Shown one piece after another: positions 50,040 through 58,827 of a DNA stretch of 64,000 nucleotides (position 1 is its first letter; every line of letters begins with the position of its first letter). The position numbers and the translations under genes are program-made. The notes beneath the pieces are model-generated. The model did no database searches. It was not told the DNA's origin and saw only the letters and a list, made by a program, of their open reading frames with translations. Origin of the DNA: Sulfolobales archaeon (GTDB lineage: Archaea > Thermoproteota > Thermoprotei_A > Sulfolobales > NBVN01); contig JAWBTQ010000002.1 of NCBI GenBank assembly GCA_038841535.1, positions 116,433 to 180,432 on the forward strand. Direction: 5' to 3'.

Positions 50040-51647
50040 TTGTGTAGCGGTTTACGTAGTCCACACGTAGCTAGGGTGTCTACGCTTGTGATAGTAAGTG
50101 TAGTGGTATTACTCGTATTGCTCTCAATAGCCGCATACGTCATGTTTCTACCCTCGGAAAGGCAGGTCTCCACACAAACATCACCCACTCTCACGACACC
50201 TACTCCCACTAGTCCTACTCCCACACCTACTCCCACAACACCTACTCCCACACCTCAAACAACTCCCCAGATAACTACTCCAGCAACAACAACTCCAACA
50301 CCAACACCCACCGTGGGGCCCAGCATAGAGCTTGTCGTAATAACTAGGCACTCGACGGATATTCAAATAGCTGCTAGGCAGAAGTTCCTTCAGAGCGAGC
50401 TAGCCAAGAAGTATGGAATAACGAACTTGAGGTTTCTATACATCGACGCTCCGGCATGGATAGACACGATAAAGCAGTACCTCGAGGCCGGGAGGTCGAT
50501 AGACGTAGCGTGGGGCGGAGGACCGACTCTATTCGATATGTTACTGAGTAGTGGTCTACTCTCTCCGATCAAGAGCCCGGTAGTCCTAAGCGTACTTTCA
50601 GACATCCCGAAGGAAATAGCCGGCGCTAGCATGGTAAGAGACGTCAACGGTAGCATATACTGGATAGCGGCAGCCATATCGTCGTTTGGGTTTACGGTGA
50701 ACGAGGTTAAGGTGAGTCAGCTAGGGATACCTTACCCAAGGAGCTGGGCAGACCTAGCTAGACCCGAGTACGCTATAAGAATGCCTCCACCAGTCGCGGG
50801 TTTAGCAGACGCCATCTACAGCACGAGTAATACGAGGATGTTTGAGATAATTGTTCAAACCTACGGATGGGTGAGTGGGTGGAAGCTTTTGACTCTCATA
50901 GGGGCTAACTCCGTTGTCTACACAGGCTCTGGCGACGTTAGAGAGGGAGTCATAAGGGGTGATATAGCTGTTGGACTTACGATCGACTTTTACGGATATG
51001 GTGCGCAGCTTGAGAATCCGAACACTAAGTACGTGCTGCCAGCAGACGGGACAGCGATCAACGGCGATCCAATAGCTCTTCTAGTGAGTAGCAGGAACTC
51101 CGAGGCAGCTCAAGCGTTTATAGCATGGGTCCTAAGCCCGGAAGGACAGACGATATGGATGGACGAGAAGATCAACAGAATGCCCATAAACCCGAAGGTA
51201 TTCGATGTAACCGAGGAGGGTAGGAAGAGGCCAGACCTGAAGAGGGCTTATGAGGATACCCTGAGAGCTCTAGCCATAGAGTTCAGCGATGAACTGGCAC
51301 TCAGCTATGAGCAGGCATTAATGTGGTTCTTTCATGCTACTATAGGAGACCCGACAGTAAACTCTAAGCTAAAGGAGGTCTGGAAGGAGCTCTCACTGGC
51401 TTACCTGACCGGGAGGATTAGCAAAGAGAAATTTGAAGAGCTTATCGACGATTTAGGAAACCCTGAAAAGCTTGCCTTCAGAATTCCCGGGTCTGGAGCT
51501 ACGGCTACGTTTACTGAGAAACTAGCTCAAGAACTGAACGATAAGGTGGCGACGGACAGAGATTTTAGAGACGCAATAGTAAGGGAATGGAAGGAGAGAG
51601 CTATCGAGAGATATGACTCGGTCCTACGGAAGTTGTGGAGCCTATAG
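50040..51647 (+). CDS. ABC substrate-binding protein (AfuA-like) with Pro/Thr linker, paralog of 34464-35855
   Basis: TM, PT linker, ITRH, WGGGPTLF, STSNTRMFEII, NGDPIA. Confidence 0.85.
   Translation: MCSGLRSPHVARVSTLVIVSVVVLLVLLSIAAYVMFLPSERQVSTQTSPTLTTPTPTSPTPTPTPTTPTPTPQTTPQITTPATTTPTPTPTVGPSIELVVITRHSTDIQIAARQKFLQSELAKKYGITNLRFLYIDAPAWIDTIKQYLEAGRSIDVAWGGGPTLFDMLLSSGLLSPIKSPVVLSVLSDIPKEIAGASMVRDVNGSIYWIAAAISSFGFTVNEVKVSQLGIPYPRSWADLARPEYAIRMPPPVAGLADAIYSTSNTRMFEIIVQTYGWVSGWKLLTLIGANSVVYTGSGDVREGVIRGDIAVGLTIDFYGYGAQLENPNTKYVLPADGTAINGDPIALLVSSRNSEAAQAFIAWVLSPEGQTIWMDEKINRMPINPKVFDVTEEGRKRPDLKRAYEDTLRALAIEFSDELALSYEQALMWFFHATIGDPTVNSKLKEVWKELSLAYLTGRISKEKFEELIDDLGNPEKLAFRIPGSGATATFTEKLAQELNDKVATDRDFRDAIVREWKERAIERYDSVLRKLWSL
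50194..50311 (+). repeat. Pro/Thr linker DNA, copy 1 of an inverted repeat
   Basis: Identical to the reverse complement of 52027-52129 except for a 15-nt insertion (AACACCTACTCCCAC). Confidence 0.9.
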
Positions 51648-51860
51648 TAGTGGCAATATTTTTTCTTATTAGGTTGTGAAGTTTAAACCCTAGTTTCTGT
51701 TCCCTAGTTACCAGGGGTCAGAACACGCAAGGATAAATCCTGTTTATTGCTTAATACCAAGGGCTAAAACAAAAAGAGAATTGCGGGCAAAGAATCAGCT
51801 AAAGAGGGCAGTTGAATACCGTTTATCTGCTGGTAAGATCTACTGGTAAGGTGAGCACGC

Positions 51861-53951
51861 TCATGACCTCATCTTCTTGTGCAAAAGAACGATAACTACA
51901 GCTAAAGTTATCACTAGCGCAGCTACAACCGCTAGAGTGCTTAAGCTAGGTCCTACCGTGGGAGCTGGTGGTGTGGTGGGACTAGGAGTTGTGGAGGGAG
52001 TTTCTGAGGTGACACTTACAGGACTCGTGGGTGTTGGTGTTGGAGTTGTTGTTGCTGGAGTAGTTATCTGGGGAGTTGTTTGAGGTGTGGGAGTAGGTGT
52101 GGGAGTAGGACTAGTGGGAGTAGGTGTCGGCCTCAAATACTCTATGAAGATCGTCTCTGAGGCCATGTTGCCAAAAGCATCGAATAGGAGCAGCGTAAGA
52201 TTAGCGTAGCTAGCTTTAGCTGGAGGCATCAACAAACTCAGCTTAGCTTGCCCAGGATCGGCTGGAACGAGCTCTAGCTCTGCATATGAGATTGGGTTGC
52301 GATCGGCATCATGCCATACGACTCTGGCGATTCCACCCATTACTGCTGTAGTATCAGTAACGGAAACCTCGACGAGAACTTGGTCAACTTCAGGTCTGGG
52401 TCTTACTGGAAATAGGCGTAATCCCGTGATAACTGGTGGTTCTAAATCATCATCTCCTATACAGCTTAGTGTGATAAATATCCCAGTGGCAGTCTCCTCT
52501 AACCCTATCTCGACCTCAGTAATAACCATCTCACTATTGCCCCAAGTAGCTGAGTAGGTAGTGTAATCCTTAATTTTCTCTCTAATACCTACTAGAGGCC
52601 TAATCAAGAACACTGAGGGTCTCTCGCATTTATCACTCACTAAGTACACAGGAAACCTTTCGGGGAGTTGGGAGAAGCCATTTCCCAGAACCTTAATGAA
52701 GACAGCGGAACCCGAACTAAACTCCACCTGCCTGTAGTGTACAGGCTCTATGTTTAAGCTATTGACCACGTCTCTCAGAGACTTATCTGCCGGTAAAAAT
52801 ACGGAAATACTGCCGTTTCTGTAAATACGTACTAATCTATAGCCGTTGTAGTACGATCTAGATCCACCAAGAGTTAATGTAGTCAAGAAGACCGTTTTTT
52901 CGTTATATACGGCGTAACCATCGCTATGTATATGTCCAGCCAATACCAGAGTCACGTTGTAGCTATCCACGAGTTCTAGAAACCTCTTAGTCAAGCTGGG
53001 GACGTTAGCCCAGCTACTGTAGAAGTGGTTAGTCGCTTCTTGCGGTGAGATTGAGCCTCTGAAGCCTCCTCTAAATATAGGGTAGTGAAGGGCGACAACC
53101 TTGACCTCAGCATCGTAGTTAGTCTTAAGGACATTCTCGATAAAGTCTAGCTGAGATATGTCGGCATAGCCTAGAGCAGTGTCTACTCCAACTATAAGGT
53201 ATGGCCCGAACCGGCGATACCAGTAGGGTGAGCCCACTACGCTACCGTAAACCCTCTGGTAGAGCTCGGGCGGTATTCCAGCACCGTCGTGGTTTCCGGG
53301 AACTGTTAGGATAGGTTTCACGAGGTACTTCAAACCCTTCAAATAGTACATCAGTTCGTCTACCGATCCCGGGTGGTCTGCTGTATCACCGGTGTTTAAT
53401 ACGAGGTCTACGTCTAAGGCGTTAGCTAGAAAGAATGCCGAGAGCAAGTGGTGGTACGAAGTTCCAAGAGGAGTCAGCGGTGTTATTAGGTGGACATCAC
53501 TTATGTGCATCAAGGTTAAAGCGTCCGGAACGTCTCGGAATACCGAGACGCACTTATCTCTGAATAGCACCCCCTGTACTGTCTCAAGCTGTAGACTACA
53601 CACGATTACTTTCCCACTAACGACCACTCTCTCTGCTACTCGAAACCTCAGAACTAACCTGTCACCCTCTCTTCGCTTACTGAGTAGCTCGATTTGATAT
53701 CTAGCTACTTGGTTTTGAGAGGGACACGCTAGGTAGGCCCGCAACTCACCTGAGTCGAGTAGTCCGGCAGGATCATAAACAGATACATCGAGATAGCCTC
53801 CCGGAAATGTTAGCGCGTTGAGGGCTTCAGTCGGGTCTACGATTTTAGGTTCTTCTACTTGAGCTAGAGAACTCACGGATATGAGCAAGCTTAGGAGTAT
53901 AATTGAAGCCACAGGTAAACACGCTGTCAACCTCCGCAAGCACGCCACCAT
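51861..53951 (-). CDS. Secreted, C-terminally anchored calcineurin-like metallophosphoesterase
   Basis: Signal peptide; SDVH, TGD, PGNHD, LHYP, GHIH; PT linker and C-terminal TM. Confidence 0.88.
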   Translation of the reverse strand: MVACLRRLTACLPVASIILLSLLISVSSLAQVEEPKIVDPTEALNALTFPGGYLDVSVYDPAGLLDSGELRAYLACPSQNQVARYQIELLSKRREGDRLVLRFRVAERVVVSGKVIVCSLQLETVQGVLFRDKCVSVFRDVPDALTLMHISDVHLITPLTPLGTSYHHLLSAFFLANALDVDLVLNTGDTADHPGSVDELMYYLKGLKYLVKPILTVPGNHDGAGIPPELYQRVYGSVVGSPYWYRRFGPYLIVGVDTALGYADISQLDFIENVLKTNYDAEVKVVALHYPIFRGGFRGSISPQEATNHFYSSWANVPSLTKRFLELVDSYNVTLVLAGHIHSDGYAVYNEKTVFLTTLTLGGSRSYYNGYRLVRIYRNGSISVFLPADKSLRDVVNSLNIEPVHYRQVEFSSGSAVFIKVLGNGFSQLPERFPVYLVSDKCERPSVFLIRPLVGIREKIKDYTTYSATWGNSEMVITEVEIGLEETATGIFITLSCIGDDDLEPPVITGLRLFPVRPRPEVDQVLVEVSVTDTTAVMGGIARVVWHDADRNPISYAELELVPADPGQAKLSLLMPPAKASYANLTLLLFDAFGNMASETIFIEYLRPTPTPTSPTPTPTPTPQTTPQITTPATTTPTPTPTSPVSVTSETPSTTPSPTTPPAPTVGPSLSTLAVVAALVITLAVVIVLLHKKMRS
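52027..52129 (-). repeat. Pro/Thr linker DNA, copy 2 of an inverted repeat
   Basis: 103 nt identical to copy 1. Confidence 0.9.
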
Positions 53952-54195
53952 ACCCTAATCACCGATCACCATATTTCCGTGTAGTATAAATGCAGTAGAA
54001 TATACCAGGTACTCTTGGCTAGAACCTATTCAATAAATAGCACACCACAGCTCTCGCCGCACTATGTCTTAGTAAGTTCATAGGAGTATTGGGGCGGGCT
54101 GAAGAAATAAGAACGTACATCTAAGAGCTGGTTTCGACAGGTCCTAGTCCAAGCACGTTATTACCTCGAACAAAACACTTTAACTGGGCACAGGG

Positions 54196-55143
54196 GTGAA
54201 GTCCGCAGTAAGAAAAATAGTAAGAGTAGGGAAGAAGTCGTACGCTGTTGTTATACCTAAAAAGTGGCTAAACTTCCTAAGGGCACATCCCGGGGAACCC
54301 GCCTATATAGTTATGAACGACGACGGTACTATTACCATAGCTCCCCTGAAGACTACTGAAAGTGCTCCAGCTAGGGTGACTGCTCACACTGCTCTCTCTA
54401 CTCTATCTGCTGACAGCAGGTCTATCACTAAAGTTGTTTTAGCTCTGTATTCGGCAGGCCTCAGTAGTCTAATTGTTGAAGCTGGGATACGCTGGGACGC
54501 TGTTTCCATACCGCAAGAGCTGGCGAGAGTCGAGCAATTAGAGGGCAGAGCACTCATAAGCTTCAGGGAACTTAGAGCTGATCCCCGCGAGGTCCTCGAG
54601 AACATGGTCCGCAAGGTTAGGGATGCATTTAGGCTGTTTTACGAAAACCTGGAGAGGTTTTCCCCCGAAATATGGGAAGAAATCCATAGACTAGAGGGCG
54701 AGCTCGATGTAATGGTGCACTTAGTCTTGAGGCTAGCCATAAGGAAGTTAGTAGCGGAAACCCTGAGGAGGGGGTTGGAGAGCGATACCCTAGTTCGGAG
54801 TATACTTGACGTATCGGTAGCCAAGCTTCTCGAAGATCTCTCTGACTGCGTAGATAGGTCTGTACACCGCATTAAGGAGTACTCTACCATCTCAAGGGAT
54901 TACAGAAACTTGTTCATTAAGGTAAGTGATTTAAGTGATGATGTGATGATGTGCTATCTACACCGCTGCTCAATTGATGATGTGATATTAAACCTTAATA
55001 AAGCGTCGAAGCTCCGGGAAGAACTAAAGGAGCTCATGTCAGTATCGGCGTCTCCACTTCAAACACTGCTATCAGAAATTGAGGTAGCACTAACCTTAGT
55101 AGAGGACTTGCTAGAGGCCACCCTCGTCCTAGCTTACGGGTGA
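54196..55143 (+). CDS. AbrB-domain + PhoU-like regulator
   Basis: RKIVRVGKKSYAVVIPKKW N-terminus; helical PhoU-like repeat (E..LD, LEDLSD). Confidence 0.75.
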   Translation: MKSAVRKIVRVGKKSYAVVIPKKWLNFLRAHPGEPAYIVMNDDGTITIAPLKTTESAPARVTAHTALSTLSADSRSITKVVLALYSAGLSSLIVEAGIRWDAVSIPQELARVEQLEGRALISFRELRADPREVLENMVRKVRDAFRLFYENLERFSPEIWEEIHRLEGELDVMVHLVLRLAIRKLVAETLRRGLESDTLVRSILDVSVAKLLEDLSDCVDRSVHRIKEYSTISRDYRNLFIKVSDLSDDVMMCYLHRCSIDDVILNLNKASKLREELKELMSVSASPLQTLLSEIEVALTLVEDLLEATLVLAYG

Positions 55144-55150
55144 TGTCGTC

Positions 55151-56341
55151 TTGCTCAAATACGAAGGCTTGGTCTTGAGGGAGGCCAGAGTCGTTACTCC
55201 TCACAGGGTTATACAGAACGGGTACGTAGCAATAGAGTCCGGGAGAGTAGTAGATGTAGGTGATGAACCTTATAGAGGTGGAGAAGGCCTAGACGAGCTG
55301 TACCTTAAAGGCATGGCCGTTGGTCCTGGGTTTATCGATACACATATTCACGGGGCTTTTGGTATAGACTTAAGTGCGGCGACACCTAGCGAGATCGTTA
55401 GACTATCTGAAGAATTAACTAAGTATGGTGTAACCTCGTTTGTTCCTACAGCGGTTACTCTCCCCCATGAAGAGCTCCTTAGGTTCTGTAGAAATGTCTT
55501 GGCAGCATCTAGACAAGCTAGGGGAGCTAGAATACTGGGGATACACCTAGAGGGTCCGTTCCTAAACCCTAGGAGGGCTGGCGCTCAAAACCCCGCATAC
55601 ATGAGACCTGCTAAAGTGGCTGAGCTTAAAGAACTTGCTAGCGTTTCGAGTGGGCTACTGAAGTCTATAACCGTCGCACCAGAGGTGGAGGGAGTTACCG
55701 AGCTCATACGGAACGCTACGATGATGGGCGTTGTAGTGCAAGTAGGACATACAGACGCAACATACTCCGAGACCATCGAGGCAGTAGAGTTGGGGGCGAC
55801 TAAAGCCACACACCTATACAACGCTATGAGCGGCATACACCACAGAACTCCGGGAGCCGCTCTTGCCCTACTTCAGGCTAATAGTGTCTACCTCGAGCTC
55901 ATTGTTGACTTTGTTCATGTCGCACCTGAAGTCGTTAAGTTCACTATAGACTACGCTAGTTACCGTAGAGTAGTGCTTATTTCTGACTCTATCTCAGCTA
56001 CCGGTCTTCCAGAAGGTTCGTACAAGCTAGGTGGTCTAGACGTAGAAGTCAGAAAAGGTGTTGCTAGAGTAGCTGGTAAGGACGTATTAGCTGGGAGCAC
56101 TCTAACCATGAAGCAAGCCTTCTACAACGTAATCTCCTTAGGTTCCCGGCTTGAGGAGGCTTTCTACATGGCTTCAACAGCTCCAGCAGAGTCTTTGGGG
56201 GTGTCCTTAGATTTAGGAAGTATAGTACCGGGGCGTAGAGCTGACTTAGTAGTTCTAGGAAGAGACGGAAGTGTCGTGGCGACATTTATAGGTGGGAAAC
56301 TCGTTTACTCTAGAGAAGACTTCAGTGAACTAATGAGCTGA
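55151..56341 (+). CDS. nagA: N-acetylglucosamine-6-phosphate deacetylase
   Basis: PGFIDTHIHG, GIHLEGPF, GHTDA, THLYNAM, ISDS, LAGSTL. Confidence 0.93.
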   Translation: MLKYEGLVLREARVVTPHRVIQNGYVAIESGRVVDVGDEPYRGGEGLDELYLKGMAVGPGFIDTHIHGAFGIDLSAATPSEIVRLSEELTKYGVTSFVPTAVTLPHEELLRFCRNVLAASRQARGARILGIHLEGPFLNPRRAGAQNPAYMRPAKVAELKELASVSSGLLKSITVAPEVEGVTELIRNATMMGVVVQVGHTDATYSETIEAVELGATKATHLYNAMSGIHHRTPGAALALLQANSVYLELIVDFVHVAPEVVKFTIDYASYRRVVLISDSISATGLPEGSYKLGGLDVEVRKGVARVAGKDVLAGSTLTMKQAFYNVISLGSRLEEAFYMASTAPAESLGVSLDLGSIVPGRRADLVVLGRDGSVVATFIGGKLVYSREDFSELMS

Positions 56342-56371
56342 CCGCTCCTATGTTAGAGAGTGAAGTCTAGA

Positions 56372-56379
56372 GTACGTAA
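56372..56379. promoter_or_regulatory. Degenerate operator GTACGTAA upstream of the serine hydrolase promoter
   Basis: One mismatch to TTACGTAA; AT-rich TATA-like sequence about 7 nt downstream. Confidence 0.4.
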
Positions 56380-56407
56380 GTAAATCTTAACTAATTATAC
56401 TGAGTAC

Positions 56408-57553
56408 ATGAACTACGGGGTGTTAGTAGTGCTCGAGAATTGCGACACAAAAGAGTTAAACATCAAGTTATCAAGACTAGAAAAAGCTAGAGCTGTAGCT
56501 GAATCTTACGTTGGGACGGCGTACCCAGGATACGACCTCCTAATATTAAAGGATGGCTGTTTGGCTTCAAGGAGCTTTTCCGGTCACGCGGAGATAGTGC
56601 CTAAAGTTAGACCCCTCAGAGAGGACTCCATGTTCGACGTAGCTTCTCTAACTAAGGTTTTAGTCACCTCATTAGTCTACTCTAGGCTTGTCGAAGAGGG
56701 TCTATTAAGTCTCAGGCAGAAGGTAGTAGAGCTTGCTCCAGAGTTTGGGAAGACACCGGCCGGTAGTAACTACGTTAAGGAAAGAGTGGCGTTGTGGATG
56801 CTGCTCTCTCACACTTCTGGTCTACCGGCTTGGTTACCACTATACAAGACGTGTAAAACTCGTGATGAAGTGTTTGAAGTCGCACTAAAGTCTTTTCCCT
56901 CCTACGAGCCCGGAAGGGACGTACTCTACAGCGACATCAATTACATAGTCCTCACGTACTTAGCTGAGAAAGTAACTGGTGAAAGAATTGACAAGCTCTT
57001 CGATAAACTAATAGCTAAGCCGCTAAACCTCAAGAGGTCGGCGTTCAATCCTTTGGAGAAGGGATATAGTAGGGATGATGTGGTAGCGACGGAGGTGGTG
57101 GAGTGGCGGGGGGGTACTGTGGTTGGGGTAGTCCACGACGAAAACGCTCTAGCCATGGGTGGTATCTCAGGACACGCAGGACTGTTTACGACCACGGTCG
57201 AGACAGCTGTAATCGTTAGAGAGATAATTTGCGCGTATAGAAGAGATTGTGACTCTCTGGTATCAAGGCCCACCGCTACGTCAATGCTCAGTCCTTGGGC
57301 TTGCGGAGAGGGATGTTACGGTTTGGGTTGGCAGGTAAGCGAGCCGAGTAAGGGTTTGAGCCCTCTAACTGACTATAGGTACACCTTGATAGCTGGACAT
57401 ACGGGTTTCACGGGTACCTCGATCCTTATGGTACCTCAAGAGTCTCTTGCTGTAGTATTCTATACTAATAGAGTTCATCCAACTAGAGCTAATGAGCAGA
57501 TCAGGCATGTCAGAGTTTTACTGCATAACGTAGTTCTCTCATCTATTAACTAA
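56408..57553 (+). CDS. Beta-lactamase-fold serine hydrolase, AmiE-like
   Basis: FDVASLTK (SxxK), LLSHTSGL, YSD, VHDENA..MGGISGHAGLF, GHTGFTGT, TNRVHP. Confidence 0.85.
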   Translation: MNYGVLVVLENCDTKELNIKLSRLEKARAVAESYVGTAYPGYDLLILKDGCLASRSFSGHAEIVPKVRPLREDSMFDVASLTKVLVTSLVYSRLVEEGLLSLRQKVVELAPEFGKTPAGSNYVKERVALWMLLSHTSGLPAWLPLYKTCKTRDEVFEVALKSFPSYEPGRDVLYSDINYIVLTYLAEKVTGERIDKLFDKLIAKPLNLKRSAFNPLEKGYSRDDVVATEVVEWRGGTVVGVVHDENALAMGGISGHAGLFTTTVETAVIVREIICAYRRDCDSLVSRPTATSMLSPWACGEGCYGLGWQVSEPSKGLSPLTDYRYTLIAGHTGFTGTSILMVPQESLAVVFYTNRVHPTRANEQIRHVRVLLHNVVLSSIN

Positions 57554-57708
57554 CTTATTCATAACTTGGGAAGGGTTTTCGCGTAAGCTAACTCCTTCTG
57601 AGTTCTGCTTAGTAGGTATTCGTAGCTCAAAAATCTCGGAGAAGCAGTAGGCACTAAGGCACGCAGTATTGTTACTAAGGTTGAACGGTTTGACTGCGTT
57701 AAGCAGTA

Positions 57709-57718
57709 ATTACGTAAC
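57709..57718. promoter_or_regulatory. Palindromic operator ATTACGTAAC upstream of TATA-like TTTATG/CTTAAA
   Basis: Shared operator motif. Confidence 0.65.
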
Positions 57719-57767
57719 ACCGAGTTCTTTATGCTTAAACTCACTATTATTTGGAGAGGTATGCGGT

Positions 57768-58511
57768 ATGGGTACGTCTATCACAATATCTTGCTTAGCT
57801 GAACTCGTTTCTGGCATTATCTCGCGTATAGCCTCTGAGGAAAGAGAAGGTCTCGAGAGAGCTTCAGAGGAGGTGGCTAAAGCATTAACGTTAGGTGGTT
57901 TTGAGTACTTATTCGGTACGGGTCACTCGATGTTAGTTGCCCTAGAGGCGTTCTTTAGAGCGGGAGGATTAGTCAGAGCTTTTCCTATATTGGACCTCTC
58001 TCTCATGGGAATTCCGTCTGCCACTAGAGCGAGCCACCTTGAAAGGCTTCCAGGGTACTCTAAGGCTATAGTTGAGTCCATCGACATAGTCCCGAACTCT
58101 GTAGCAATAGTAGTGAGCAACTCGGGAAAGAACTCCGGACCCGTCGAAATGGCTCTCGAGCTAAGGTCGAGGGGGGTCAAGGTCATAGGCATAACGTCGC
58201 TTGAGTACTCTAAGAAGCTACGACCGGAAAACCAATACGGGAAGAAGCTGTACGAAGTAGTCGATATAGTAATCGACAACAAAGTCCCAGAGGGAGATGC
58301 TGCTTACACAGTGTCAGAGTCCGTTAGGGTGTTCCCCATATCTACGATAGTAAACGCCTTCATAGTTCACGCAGTAAACGCGAGAGCTGTAGAGCTCGTT
58401 AGAGATCGAGGCCATGAGCCAGAGGTTTGGACTAGCGTAAACGTTCCAGGAGGTAAAGAAAGAAACAGAGCTTACCTAAGGAAGTATGCGAACATCCTCA
58501 AGTACATTTAG
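57768..58511 (+). CDS. SIS-domain protein (UPF0309-type), paralog of 8732-9538
   Basis: FGTGHS, RAGGL, LERLPGY, SNSGKN, DNKVPEGDA, SVNVPGG; ATG 57768 lies downstream of the promoter. Confidence 0.85.
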   Translation: MGTSITISCLAELVSGIISRIASEEREGLERASEEVAKALTLGGFEYLFGTGHSMLVALEAFFRAGGLVRAFPILDLSLMGIPSATRASHLERLPGYSKAIVESIDIVPNSVAIVVSNSGKNSGPVEMALELRSRGVKVIGITSLEYSKKLRPENQYGKKLYEVVDIVIDNKVPEGDAAYTVSESVRVFPISTIVNAFIVHAVNARAVELVRDRGHEPEVWTSVNVPGGKERNRAYLRKYANILKYI

Positions 58512-58699
58512 CAGATGGGAGCACTCACTACGCTGACTTAACTAAGCATGAAAGAGTGGTGTAGCTGCTCTTTTCTCTATAGGTTTCTGTAGGTCTCTCT
58601 ATGGTGCTTGGAGCTATTGGCGCGACCGGGTATACACACCGTATACACATCAGCGCTTACAAGAACTCTGCGTCTATAAACCTTAGCCAGTGACTCCGG

Positions 58700-58786
58700 G
58701 TTTCCGAGACCTACGGCAGTCCGTGGGGAGGGGGCTCGGGGAAACCGTGATGAACCATCCCAGGGGGACCTACGGAAACATTCAAA
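58700..58786 (+). ncRNA. GC-rich structured element (H/ACA-like RNA or IS200/IS605 right end)
   Basis: GTTTCCG/CGGAAAC closing stem, inner GTCC/GGAC and GGGA/TCCC stems, GTGATGA, ends ACA-TTCAA. Confidence 0.35.
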
Positions 58787-58827
58787 GTGAAGTAGGTTAG
58801 CCGCACCTTTCAGTGTGTTTCCGCGGC

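Noticed and set aside
56408-57553. Possible antibiotic-resistance beta-lactamase
   Set aside because: No signal peptide, YSD instead of YxN, and the nagA/SIS context all favour a catabolic amidase or esterase.
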